DNA of 64,000 nucleotides from an uncultured virus (IMG/VR IMGVR_UViG_2690315748_000003) (taxonomy: Duplodnaviria; Heunggongvirae; Uroviricota; Caudoviricetes): IMG/VR virus record IMGVR_UViG_2690315748_000003, positions 1 to 64,000 of that record; one strand, 5' to 3'. The notes below the pieces were generated by a model that saw only the letters and a program-made list of their open reading frames with translations, was not told where the DNA came from and made no database searches. Positions 10,056-20,014 of the stretch are shown here, piece by piece. Position 1 is the stretch's first letter, and each line of letters begins with the position of its first letter. Both the position numbers and the translations under genes were made by a program.

Positions 10056-10574
10056 ATGAGTAAATATAATGCCAAAAAGGTCATTGTCACGGAGGACGGA
10101 ACGTTATTTGAGGAATGGATCGTAAAAAGGTATGAACTAGATGTGATAGGTACTCTCTTTGATAGCAAAGCAGAGGGAGAGTATTACCAAGAACTCCTTC
10201 GTCAGCGCAAGTATGGAGAAATCAAAGACTTCAAGTGCCACCCTGTATTTATACTACAGGAGAAACCAAAAGTGACCTACATTGCTGATTTTCTGGTCAC
10301 TAATCTGGACGATACTCAGCGAGTAATAGATATCAAGGGTGTAGAGACATCGACATTCCGCGTCAAATTGAAATTATTCCAAGCAAAATATCCGACTTTG
10401 CCTATAGATATACTCACTAAAAAACGAGGAGAATTCATTCCGATCAAGCAGTTCAAGAAAGAAAAAGCGGATCGGAAACGAGCTATCAATAAACTTTTAA
10501 AACAAGCAGAAGGAGAGAGGAAAAATGTCAGGACTATCCGGAATGCAAGTAAAATTCACCGTATTAAAAAATGA
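10056..10574 (+). CDS. DUF1064-like PD-(D/E)xK nuclease
   Basis: SKYNAKK, FDSKAEGEYY, YIADF, DIKG. Confidence 0.8.
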   Translation: MSKYNAKKVIVTEDGTLFEEWIVKRYELDVIGTLFDSKAEGEYYQELLRQRKYGEIKDFKCHPVFILQEKPKVTYIADFLVTNLDDTQRVIDIKGVETSTFRVKLKLFQAKYPTLPIDILTKKRGEFIPIKQFKKEKADRKRAINKLLKQAEGERKNVRTIRNASKIHRIKK

Positions 10575-10839
10575 GGATATCAATAAATACCTTGATGAAC
10601 GTGAGAAAAGTGATCTATCTCGTATTTTGTGGAAGGTTCAGGAGCTGCGGCTTCTGGATGGAAAGCCTCCACTTAATACGTATCTGGTAGTTAACACAGA
10701 CGAACCATATGCCACTGATATAGTTCGTATCATGCAAACTAATAACCATTGGGGGCCAATAAGTGACTCAAATCAAGCGGAGATGAAATTTGAGGGTAAT
10801 GCGCTTATTCTTTCGGAAGCGGAGGAGGAGATAAAATGA
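10525..10839 (+). CDS. Hypothetical phage protein
   Basis: ORF with RBS; YLVVNTDEPYA. Confidence 0.6.
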   Translation: MSGLSGMQVKFTVLKNEDINKYLDEREKSDLSRILWKVQELRLLDGKPPLNTYLVVNTDEPYATDIVRIMQTNNHWGPISDSNQAEMKFEGNALILSEAEEEIK

Positions 10840-11063
10840 AACACTCCCAAAATGAAATTGAACGTCCAGAAGTAACACGACGGATCATAGAATTGCTGGA
10901 CAAACAAAATGAGAAAGGCCTCAAGAAGTATGGAACCACAATAGACCAGGTATCAGATATGGCCTATGACTGGAAGCTTATGGCGCTGGAGGAGGCAATT
11001 GATCTTATTCAGTACCAGCAGAAAGAAATCATGCGACTCGAAAGGCTGCTTAACCCAATCTGA
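10836..11063 (+). CDS. Hypothetical phage protein
   Basis: KGLKKYGTT..ALEEAID pattern. Confidence 0.6.
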   Translation: MKHSQNEIERPEVTRRIIELLDKQNEKGLKKYGTTIDQVSDMAYDWKLMALEEAIDLIQYQQKEIMRLERLLNPI

Positions 11064-11087
11064 GGATAAACAAAAGGAGCACAGAGG

Positions 11088-11306
11088 TCATACTTCCTCT
11101 TGCTCCTCAACAAATAAATCTTCAATGGAAATATTAAGTGCTTTTGAGATCGAGAATAAAATATTTGCTTCGTGACGCTCGTTTTTGTCGAAACGACTGA
11201 TAGAAGCTTGCGGAACTCCACTAAGTTCAGATAGTTGATTTTGGGTCATATCCCTTTCTTTCAAAATGTTTGTCAAATTGGGACGCACCCTAACAACCTT
11301 AGCCAT
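11088..11306 (-). CDS. XRE HTH regulator, opposite to early operon
   Basis: MTQNQLSELSGVPQASISRF HTH; GAGGTG RBS. Confidence 0.85.
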   Translation of the reverse strand: MAKVVRVRPNLTNILKERDMTQNQLSELSGVPQASISRFDKNERHEANILFSISKALNISIEDLFVEEQEEV

Positions 11307-11702
11307 GATATCACCTCAATACAATGCATTATACGATGTTGTATATTTTTTATCAATATCTATTGACTGAATATGCAAACTCGTATATTGTATATTGCAT
11401 ATAAAATGGAGGCGCTGATTATGAGAAAAACATACAAGCAATGGGTATTCTGGCAAGACGGGTTTTGGGAATTCGAGTGGAACTTCATCCTACTTACAAT
11501 TTGGATCAAAGAATTAAAAACTCGTCTGAGCGAGTATAAACAGGTCATTAAGCTCAGAGCGTTCACCGGGATCATTCGGTGAGGTTGGCACAAGCCAAGA
11601 TCAGTTAAGGAAACTTTTCCTACGCTGAATGATTCGATTACGCAACACTGTATCCGAACGAGCAACCTTGTATTGGAACCGAAAACATATAGGAGGGCGG
11701 AT

Positions 11703-11891
11703 ATGACGAAACAAGAGGCTGACGAATTTACCACAGCTTTGTCGGAACGATACGCTCAGATTCAGAAATATAACTCTCATAACAATGAATTGCTGAGTTT
11801 GTGGGAAGAAGTTATTGAAACCTTACCATCAAAATTAAAGAGTGTGTTTGAAGAAAAATACGATCACCTTGTAAGGGAGAGTAGTTCGTGA
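11703..11891 (+). CDS. Hypothetical protein
   Basis: AGGAGG RBS before ATG 11703. Confidence 0.55.
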   Translation: MTKQEADEFTTALSERYAQIQKYNSHNNELLSLWEEVIETLPSKLKSVFEEKYDHLVRESSS

Positions 11892-12070
11892 AAAAGCTCG
11901 ACTTGAACAAGCTTGATGAAGAACCTATTGAAGTACAGCAGGCCGTGGCCTTCTACGCATCCCATACGATAAATAAAGTGCGTGTAACAACGAAAGAAAG
12001 ATATAATCATTATTCCATTTTAGAGGAAGCTGGCTTGCTTGAACCTCTAAAATCCGTAGTGGAGCCGTAG
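11888..12070 (+). CDS. Hypothetical protein
   Basis: GTGA overlap, GGAG RBS. Confidence 0.5.
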   Translation: MKKLDLNKLDEEPIEVQQAVAFYASHTINKVRVTTKERYNHYSILEEAGLLEPLKSVVEP

Positions 12071-12130
12071 TGGTTTAGGCTCAAAATATAAGCATAAGCA
12101 AAGGAAAAACGAATTTAAATTGTCGGAAAG

Positions 12131-12814
12131 GTGGCGAGGGGAATGTCCCATCAAACATTTTGGAAGCCGGAGAAAAAGCCAAAGCAAAAGAAGGCTTACA
12201 GCAGCCTTGGACAACGGAAAAAGGATAAAAAACCTGTTCCTGAATGGAAGAAAGATATTCTCTCTCACCACCAGTCACGGCCTAATACCAAGGAGCGTGG
12301 AGAATTCCCGAAGGATGTAATTGCGGAACTGATTGCTGATTCAAACGGAATATGTGAATGTTGCAAAGCCGCCGAAGCCACGACTACTCATCACGTTTAT
12401 CCGCGCGGGAGAAACGGACGAGGAGTCAAGACAAACGGCCTGCGGCTCTGCTGGCCTTGCCATGATCGAATACAAATAAATGAAGAACTTCTTCAATTTT
12501 GGATATCGGCATTCCGTGATAAATACGGCGATTACTTTTGGTTCGATGAACAGGATTGGGAAGAGCACAACCGTAAACTGGCGGCGCGGCAACGTGTGGA
12601 ATTCGAGAAAAAAGAACGCTTGGAGAGCATAAAGCCAGTCGTTGAACTGATTACTTCAGCGACAGGGCGAACTTTGAAAGTTAAAGAAGTGCGTTTGCTG
12701 GAGTCTATGGATGATAAAGAAATGCTTGTTTTTACAAATATGATATCCGATGCCTTTAACAATTTCAGCAAACCAGCTCCATCTTATGGTTACGGAGAGC
12801 GCTTTGAGGATTAA
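12131..12814 (+). CDS. HNH-like nuclease
   Basis: CECC..HHVYPRGRNG..NGLRLCWPCH. Confidence 0.75.
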   Translation: MARGMSHQTFWKPEKKPKQKKAYSSLGQRKKDKKPVPEWKKDILSHHQSRPNTKERGEFPKDVIAELIADSNGICECCKAAEATTTHHVYPRGRNGRGVKTNGLRLCWPCHDRIQINEELLQFWISAFRDKYGDYFWFDEQDWEEHNRKLAARQRVEFEKKERLESIKPVVELITSATGRTLKVKEVRLLESMDDKEMLVFTNMISDAFNNFSKPAPSYGYGERFED

Positions 12815-12875
12815 ATATATAGCCCCCAAGGGCAGAGAGGACAGGCCCAGGGGATAAGAAGGAGGGAACAGCACA

Positions 12876-13781
12876 TTGGAAGATCCAGTTAATATAATTT
12901 CTCTGTCAGGAGGCAAAGACAGCACGGCGCTATGGCTGCTTGCTTGCCAAAGACTTGAACCGCATATTGCAGTCTTCGCAGATACGGGCAATGAGCATCA
13001 ACAAACCTATGAATATATTGATTATCTGGAAAGAGAGATTGGCCCGATCCGCCGCATCAAGGCAAATTTCAGCGCGCAAATAACCCGTAAGCGAGAATGG
13101 GTGCAGACGAAATGGCGCGAAGAGGGGATATCCGAAACAATCATTGAGCAGGCTTTGTCTGTACTGCATCCAACAGGCAATCCGTTCTTGGATATGTGCA
13201 TTTGGAAAGGAAGGTTCCCCAGCACAAAAGCACGTTTCTGCACTGTGGAGTTGAAGGTAAGACCTTTCTTCGACCAAGTATATTTGCCTCTCCTGGAGCA
13301 AGGAAAGCGCATTGTGAACTGGCAAGGTATACGAGCACAGGAAAGTCTTGCGCGATCCCAAATGCCAGAACGGGAGGAAACACCGGAAGGATATGAGATA
13401 TACCGTCCGCTTATTAATTGGACAGTCGAAGACGTATTTACAATGCACGCCAAACACAACATTGAGCCAAACCCGTTGTACAAGCTGGGAATGGGTCGTG
13501 TGGGGTGTATGCCATGTATAAACGCAGGCAAAATGGAGCTGTTTGAAATAGCCCGTCGCTTCCCGGAAGAAGTGGAGCGGATCGCCCAGTGGGAGGAAAT
13601 CGTAAAGCTGGCTTCCAAGCGACATGGTGCATCATTCTTCGCAAGTTCGGACGGGGAACAAATTTGGGATAAGGTCGAATGGTCGAAGACGGTTCACGGG
13701 GGGAAGCAAATAGATTTGTTCAAGACTCTGGCATTCGATGATGTACCTGTTTGCTCCAGCCAGTACGGACTATGTGAATAA
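12876..13781 (+). CDS. PAPS-reductase-family protein
   Basis: SGGKDS PP-loop, FADTGNE, GIRAQES, RVGCMPC. Confidence 0.9.
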   Translation: MEDPVNIISLSGGKDSTALWLLACQRLEPHIAVFADTGNEHQQTYEYIDYLEREIGPIRRIKANFSAQITRKREWVQTKWREEGISETIIEQALSVLHPTGNPFLDMCIWKGRFPSTKARFCTVELKVRPFFDQVYLPLLEQGKRIVNWQGIRAQESLARSQMPEREETPEGYEIYRPLINWTVEDVFTMHAKHNIEPNPLYKLGMGRVGCMPCINAGKMELFEIARRFPEEVERIAQWEEIVKLASKRHGASFFASSDGEQIWDKVEWSKTVHGGKQIDLFKTLAFDDVPVCSSQYGLCE

Positions 13782-13819
13782 GGAGGGAACAGCCCTCCAT
13801 AAGGGGGATAGACAAAAAT

Positions 13820-14620
13820 ATGAAAGCACCACGCATATTACATTATCCAGGTAGCAAGTGGAGCATGGCAGATTGGATTATATCTAATATGCCAGCTCAT
13901 ACAACATACCTTGAGCCTTTCTTTGGTAGCGGGGCGGTGCTTTTCAACAAAGAACGCTCTAAATTGGAAACGGTGAATGACCTGGATGGGGAAGTGTCCA
14001 ATCTATTTCAAATAATTCGGGACCAACCGGATGAGCTGGCCAGACTCATTCACTGGACTCCATATGCCAGGGCTGAGTATTACAAGGGCTACGATTCCGA
14101 GGGTTCAGACGTTGAACGTGCAAGGAGGTTCTTGGTGCGTTGCTGGATGGCACGCGGAGGAAAGACAAGTGACCGGACCGGATGGCGGCATATTATTGAC
14201 CTGAACGCACCTCACCCGGCAAAGGACTGGCAGTTACTGCCTGACAAGATCATGACTGTAACCGACCGACTGCGTGGAGTGCAAATTGAGTGCCAGCCTG
14301 CGGAGAAGTTGCTAGAGCGTTACAAGCGTCCGGAAGTCCTGATTTATGCAGATCCGCCTTACTTACTGTCAACCCGAAGCAAGCGGATGTACAAGTGCGA
14401 AATGAATGATGCGGACCATGTTGCCTTACTTGAAACGTTGCTAAAACATCCCGGTCCGGTCCTACTTAGTGGGTATGATCACCCTATGTATGAGGAAGCT
14501 TTGAGAGATTGGCGACGGGAGACGAAAACGGTTAAAGCAGAAGCGGGACGGATCCGGACCGAATCACTTTGGATCAATCCTATTGCTGCGGGTCAGGTTG
14601 GTCAGATGTCACTATTTTAA
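13820..14620 (+). CDS. DNA adenine methyltransferase (Dam/D12 class)
   Basis: YPGSK, EPFFGSGAV, NDLD, DPPY. Confidence 0.92.
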   Translation: MKAPRILHYPGSKWSMADWIISNMPAHTTYLEPFFGSGAVLFNKERSKLETVNDLDGEVSNLFQIIRDQPDELARLIHWTPYARAEYYKGYDSEGSDVERARRFLVRCWMARGGKTSDRTGWRHIIDLNAPHPAKDWQLLPDKIMTVTDRLRGVQIECQPAEKLLERYKRPEVLIYADPPYLLSTRSKRMYKCEMNDADHVALLETLLKHPGPVLLSGYDHPMYEEALRDWRRETKTVKAEAGRIRTESLWINPIAAGQVGQMSLF

Positions 14621-14660
14621 GGGGGATACACCCCCTACTACCTATAAAGGAGAGATATAC

Positions 14661-14984
14661 ATGTCCAGACAAGTGAACCCGGATTTATATGATCTTTTGA
14701 GAGAGCGTGAAACTGGACTGTACACGCAAAACTTTGAAAAAAACCAAACAGTATTCGCATATGTTCATTTAGACTACAGTGACGTTGCTGGTTTTGTAGA
14801 CTTGATGGGATATGATTTTTTATGTGAAGGCGGCTATGATGCAAAGATTTGCCCGACTTCCGTCTGCATTGAAATTAACGATGTTATAGGGTATTTCGGC
14901 AATGAATTGTCGGATTACAAGAATTGTTTCGATGAAGATGACTGGGAACGCTATGAAAGAGAAATTGCAATTATGGAGGCATAA
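14661..14984 (+). CDS. Hypothetical protein
   Basis: AAGGAG RBS. Confidence 0.6.
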   Translation: MSRQVNPDLYDLLRERETGLYTQNFEKNQTVFAYVHLDYSDVAGFVDLMGYDFLCEGGYDAKICPTSVCIEINDVIGYFGNELSDYKNCFDEDDWERYEREIAIMEA

Positions 14985-15026
14985 CAGCCTCTTACCCTAT
15001 ACCCCTATATAAGGAGCGAACAAGGA

Positions 15027-15404
15027 ATGAAAAATATTAACGAGGTGCTTCATAAGCTGGCAGAGACCAGATTGTCATGTCCAACTTTTATCATAGATGA
15101 GCTTGAAAGATTATATTACGAGTCGGACGAAAACGGCATGGCTACCGCTCTATTGGAGGCAGACCTATTAGCTACAAAAAAAGAGCTAGCAGAGAAGGAC
15201 CGGACAATAGCCAAACTGACCAAAGATAACGATGTTGTGTTAGAGCAGTCCATGCGGGAGTTAGCAGCAGCGGAAAAGAACTGGCGCGAGAAGGGCGATG
15301 AAAATCGCAGGCTTCGTAAGGCGTTGGAGGATATAGCTGACACTAAAAGAGACTGGTCGGGAGTATATTGCCGAGTTGCAGCCCGTCAGGCATTAGGAGA
15401 GTAA
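15027..15404 (+). CDS. Hypothetical coiled-coil protein
   Basis: AAGGAG RBS. Confidence 0.6.
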   Translation: MKNINEVLHKLAETRLSCPTFIIDELERLYYESDENGMATALLEADLLATKKELAEKDRTIAKLTKDNDVVLEQSMRELAAAEKNWREKGDENRRLRKALEDIADTKRDWSGVYCRVAARQALGE

Positions 15405-15585
15405 CCACCAATACAATACGCTCCTGGGGATTGACAAAAGCTTATTGCAACTATCTCACTAAAAAAACGTGTATTTTGCAACCGTGACATGCAATTGCAA
15501 CCAATCTGCAATTTAGTATTGATTTTTGCAACCAAAAGATATTCAGGGTGTAGGACCTACACCCACTAAGGGAGGATATATAGAT

Positions 15586-15816
15586 ATGGCAAGAGTTTGC
15601 TACAACTGCAAAACAGACCTGCCGCCAGAAACGGCACATTATGAAATTAATGATGAAGTATACTGCACGGATTGCGTCACTGCACATCCATACACATCGT
15701 ACAGCTATTACATTAACGACGAGTATGTAGGCGGTTCGGAAGATGATCATACACGGTATGTAGAGTCTTTGGATGATGAATATGAAGGTGATGAGGATGG
15801 GGAAGAACAACAATGA
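15586..15816 (+). CDS. Small acidic Zn-ribbon protein
   Basis: CYNC..CTDC; GGAGG RBS. Confidence 0.6.
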   Translation: MARVCYNCKTDLPPETAHYEINDEVYCTDCVTAHPYTSYSYYINDEYVGGSEDDHTRYVESLDDEYEGDEDGEEQQ

Positions 15817-15995
15817 CAGATAAACTACCACAGAAGTATCCGAAAATGACTTATGAGCAACTTGAGAACTCTCATAAATGAGTGGAAGAAAACAGCTATG
15901 GACAATTACGATTGGGCTAAATTGTGTATGTTTAAAGCCAAACTGAGGATATTTTTTCTCCATTTCGGTAAAGATAAATCTGGAAACATGATTTT

Positions 15996-16628
15996 ATGAA
16001 AAAGGAGTCTTCAGGTTTGGAATACGAATGGATATGGCAGACAATTTTAATCTTTATTGTAGGCGTTCTTCTCTTACGTATAACTGGACGCAGGTCCATT
16101 TCACAAATGTCAATACCAGTAACTGTAATGATGATTGCAATTGGAACATTACTCATTCAGCCTGTAACTGGGAAAGGTCTCTGGGTAACGTTTGGAGCAG
16201 CTGCATTATTAACTTTGCTATTAATCGTGACAGAGTATATGCAAATTAAATTTGATGCTTTTGAAACACTAGTTACTGGTAAAGCGGTAGCAGTAATTCA
16301 AGACGGACAGTTAATACTGGAAAATATGAAGAAAGTTAAATTATCAGTTGATAAATTGGAGCAAAGACTTAGACAAGCTGGTATAGCCAATATCACAGAT
16401 GTAGAGTGGGCGACACTAGAAGTTAGTGGACAGCTTGGGTATCAACTGAATGCAGAAAAACAGCCAGCGACTAAAGCAGATATTCAGAAACTTATCAATC
16501 TTATCGAAACAAAGTGGGAGCACGGTGATGGTGTTATAGAGAAAGGTCAGAAGGAAAACACTAATAATCTGTTTACCGAAGTAATTAAAGGAGGGCATGA
16601 TTCTCGCCCACCTGAGGAATTACAGTAA
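15996..16628 (+). CDS. DUF421/YetF-family membrane protein
   Basis: GRRSISQMS, three TM helices, LRQAGI..VEWATLEVSGQLG. Confidence 0.85.
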   Translation: MKKESSGLEYEWIWQTILIFIVGVLLLRITGRRSISQMSIPVTVMMIAIGTLLIQPVTGKGLWVTFGAAALLTLLLIVTEYMQIKFDAFETLVTGKAVAVIQDGQLILENMKKVKLSVDKLEQRLRQAGIANITDVEWATLEVSGQLGYQLNAEKQPATKADIQKLINLIETKWEHGDGVIEKGQKENTNNLFTEVIKGGHDSRPPEELQ

Positions 16629-16819
16629 AACTTTACAGCCTCCTCCAAACAAGAAGAAAATCATAACGGTTTACGTCTGTGCCGCGTCCGCACGGTGCCT
16701 GTCCAGTCTTACAGTAGAGAACATAGAGAATAATGTCCCGGGTGTCCCTGCTGAATGAAGCAATAAATTATATTGGTTAAAATTTTTTTATTGTTTTTAT
16801 ATCCTATTGGAGTGATTTT

Positions 16820-17452
16820 GTGATGATACGTAATGAAATACTACAAACAAAAGGTGAAATTGAGGACAATCTTAAAATTATTCAGGTGAATTTTTTTGAC
16901 GATATCGAACAGGATGATATTAGAAAAACAAAGTGGTTGCTAAACAAATATACTGACTTAATTGATGTAATAAAAAACTACGAATATTCCCTCCAACAGA
17001 TGGAAAATGGTATGGCTGCGTACGATTTGCTTTCGGCAGAAGGATCGGTTGCGAAGCGAGTTTCTGGTGAAGAACTGGCAGCAGATGTGACAGCGAATGC
17101 TGTTCTACTAAAAGACCAGCGCCATGTAAATTATAAATTTTATCAATTCCTTACGAATAACATTAAGTTTGCAATAAATAATATGCGTGATAAGCACGAG
17201 GGATTGATAGCAAAGCTGTTATTTATGGATGGTATGAAATATCTCAAAGCTCAACAATATTTGGAAAAAGGTTATCGCAAGGACATTCCACCTATCTCAG
17301 CAACTACATTTGCAGATAAACGGCGTAGGGTTATTGTTAATATAGCAAACAGCCTAAAAACAAACCGTACATTGGATTTTGTCACCATCGACTATGGTCG
17401 GGGGCGAAACAAAGAGGGTGAAATTGGACTTAGAATGCCAGAAGTAAACTAG
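16820..17452 (+). CDS. ArpU/RinA-like late transcription activator
   Basis: End of early region; C-terminal sigma-4-like helices (ISATTFADKRRRVI). Confidence 0.6.
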   Translation: MMIRNEILQTKGEIEDNLKIIQVNFFDDIEQDDIRKTKWLLNKYTDLIDVIKNYEYSLQQMENGMAAYDLLSAEGSVAKRVSGEELAADVTANAVLLKDQRHVNYKFYQFLTNNIKFAINNMRDKHEGLIAKLLFMDGMKYLKAQQYLEKGYRKDIPPISATTFADKRRRVIVNIANSLKTNRTLDFVTIDYGRGRNKEGEIGLRMPEVN

Positions 17453-17736
17453 ACCGTAAGGGCTTAAGCCTTTGCGGTCTTAATTTTAGGTGTCTAAAGT
17501 TCTAGACTGAAAATAAAGTAATAGTCTTGAGGGTGCTTCATTAAGCTAACGGGCAGATTAGCACAACCAAGATAAGATAAGTAGATTTCGTCTGCTATAA
17601 TACCTACATCGACTATGAATGGAAGGGGATTGAGCAATCAATGCTTTTAGAAGAGGAAGCTCCCACATTATTGAGGGAGGTTTACTAGTTGAAAACTTCA
17701 AATTGAAACGGAAGAGAAAACATAAGAGCAGGTTAG

Positions 17737-18666
17737 ATGAATTACGGAGGAATGAAAATGTATTTAGATAAATTCATATTGCCTATAGATGAAGAATCCT
17801 CATTGATAGAACAAAGAATGGCATACAATGGCGGTAGGTTTGGATATGTCGACGAAACTTACCCATGTGGCATTTTCTCAAAAAATCGGTTTTCCGAATT
17901 GAGCTTTTCAAAAATCACAATTTTATATGGAGGAAACGGCTCGGGGAAAAGCACACTTCTAAATCTCATAGCGAATAAATTGGAACTAAATCGAATTGCA
18001 CCATTCAATTCAAGTGAATTGTTCAGTTCATATGTTGAACATTGTAAATTTGAACTTGGACTTGACGACGAGGGATTTAAACATCGAATTCCAAATGGAA
18101 GCAGGATAATCACAAGTGACGATATTTTTGATTATATGCTTACAGTCCGCACAAACAACGATGAAATCGTGGATAGCACAGAAGATATAAGATCGGAATG
18201 GGGAAATCTGAAATTCGGCAATACAGTGAAAATGAATAGCATGGATGATTATGAAGCATTGAGGTTACAGGTGCTCTCAAGAAAAAAATCAATTTCACGC
18301 AGGGAGTTTATTCGCAGAGTCGCCGGCACCGAAATTAAACTGAACAGCAATGGGGAGACAGCCCTGAGTTATTTTAATTCCAAATTTAAAAATGACACAT
18401 TATATTGTTTGGATGAACCGGAGAACAGTCTATCTCCTAAAATGCAGCTTGAACTTGTCAAAATGATAGAGGAAATGGCTCACTATTGCGGATGTCAATT
18501 TATCATTGCAACGCACTCACCGTTTTTACTGGCGATGGAGTTTACAAAAATATATGATTTAGAAGCTAATCCAGTCGACATAAAGCAATGGTGGGAATTA
18601 GAAAACCCAAAAGTGTACTTTGATTTTTTCAATAAGCATAAAGGGCTGTTTCTACACAATAAGTAG
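17737..18666 (+). CDS. Stand-alone ABC/AAA_21-type ATPase
   Basis: GGNGSGKS, SNGE, LDEPENSLS, IIATHSP. Confidence 0.85.
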   Translation: MNYGGMKMYLDKFILPIDEESSLIEQRMAYNGGRFGYVDETYPCGIFSKNRFSELSFSKITILYGGNGSGKSTLLNLIANKLELNRIAPFNSSELFSSYVEHCKFELGLDDEGFKHRIPNGSRIITSDDIFDYMLTVRTNNDEIVDSTEDIRSEWGNLKFGNTVKMNSMDDYEALRLQVLSRKKSISRREFIRRVAGTEIKLNSNGETALSYFNSKFKNDTLYCLDEPENSLSPKMQLELVKMIEEMAHYCGCQFIIATHSPFLLAMEFTKIYDLEANPVDIKQWWELENPKVYFDFFNKHKGLFLHNK

Positions 18667-18871
18667 AGAAACAAGATTTGAACAAAAATATATCCGCCGC
18701 GTATATAAAAAAAAATTTGAGCTTATTTATTTATCGCTGATTACGCTAACGGGAAACGTTAGTTCAATGGAACAGCGACAGTCTAGGACTTTTTTTCGTC
18801 CGTGGTTGTCGCTGTTTTCAATTTCTAGGCTCAGTCTACCACTTTATTTTCTGCTGATAGTAGGAACTAGC

Positions 18872-18909
18872 AAATCCGTAGTAGGTACGGAGTAGAAAGG
18901 ATTTACACT
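18872..18909 (+). promoter_or_regulatory. Putative late promoter 1
   Basis: AATCCGTAGTA with TACACT -10; same geometry at 30022 and 50826. Confidence 0.65.
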
Positions 18910-18951
18910 TTATTCAGGAACAAATTAAATCCATTCTAGGAGGCAATAAAC

Positions 18952-19206
18952 ATGGCACATAGTTACGCTTACTTGGACAACACAGGTATTTTACATCTTC
19001 ATCCGTTGGAAAGCGAAGCAGCCAAGCATGGCAAGTATGTAGGCACAAATCTGGATTACGACGAAAGCGGCTTCCCAATTATTGGCGGTGAAGGTGTAGT
19101 TTACTATGTAGACAAAGACACAGCTTATGTAAACGGCAATGAACATGATGGTAAACAAATTGCTGTACCAAGTGGGCTTAAAGCGCTAGCTGGTCAACTT
19201 TTGTAA
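18952..19206 (+). CDS. Hypothetical protein
   Basis: AGGAGG RBS. Confidence 0.7.
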   Translation: MAHSYAYLDNTGILHLHPLESEAAKHGKYVGTNLDYDESGFPIIGGEGVVYYVDKDTAYVNGNEHDGKQIAVPSGLKALAGQLL

Positions 19207-19524
19207 TCGTTAAGATTTAAATGTGGTGGCGGAATAGACGCAAGGCCGTGATACATGCCTCGCCCACATCGAAACTAACTACAACTAATTCGAACAGCCG
19301 TAAAGAGGGTCATAATACCCCATCAATAAGGGCGGCAGATTGTTCCGCACGTAATGCGGACTATAGCGATTGACGGTAATCGCTGTGAAATAATTCCCGT
19401 TGGGAACCATACCGCGTGTATAAGGGAGCGGCAGTGGCAAGCGCATGACGGAGGGTTAGGGCGCAATTAATATGAGTGAGAGAGCGATGGGAAACCACCG
19501 CTTTTTTACGTTCAGGAGGTTTGT

Positions 19525-19902
19525 ATGGAGCTGGTAAAGATATCAAATGGACTTCTTACCGAAAAATATACTACTGTCCATCACGAAAAGGATTATCAAT
19601 TCAACGCACCACACTATTTTGAGGTTCATGATCATAGCGGTAACGTCCTGGGCAGTGTTCATTTCCAAGAAGGACCGATCCAAGAAGCTGGAGTAAATGG
19701 AGTGACCAACGAAGATTTAATTGCTATGGTTATTGCTCGTCTGGAAGGATTCCAAAACAGTGAGTTCCGTAATCGGGATAATGCAGTTGCAATCACAAAG
19801 TTGGAAGAAGCGCTTCTGTGGCTTAGAAAACGGACATTAGAACGCGAAGCCCGAGGCGTGGAAGGAACACATACCAAAAGGTCGGGTTCATTATGCACCT
19901 GA
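19525..19902 (+). CDS. tad1: Tad1-like anti-Thoeris signal-sponge protein
   Basis: FQEGP..GV..DL..RL..FQ..F..R.NA.A.T..EEA..W...R...R..R.VEGT pattern of the Tad1 family. Confidence 0.8.
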   Translation: MELVKISNGLLTEKYTTVHHEKDYQFNAPHYFEVHDHSGNVLGSVHFQEGPIQEAGVNGVTNEDLIAMVIARLEGFQNSEFRNRDNAVAITKLEEALLWLRKRTLEREARGVEGTHTKRSGSLCT

Positions 19903-20014
19903 GCTTATTTGACACATACAGGATTATAGCTGTTTGATTCCGCTGTGTGTCTTAATAGATGTTTACGATTATAAGAAACGTGCTGTAAAATGTCCGTTAA
20001 ACACACCTTAGAGG

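Noticed and set aside
12930..13625. Long antisense ORFs (231 and 198 aa) over the PAPS-reductase gene
   Set aside because: Shadow frames of a well-supported gene, no recognisable motifs
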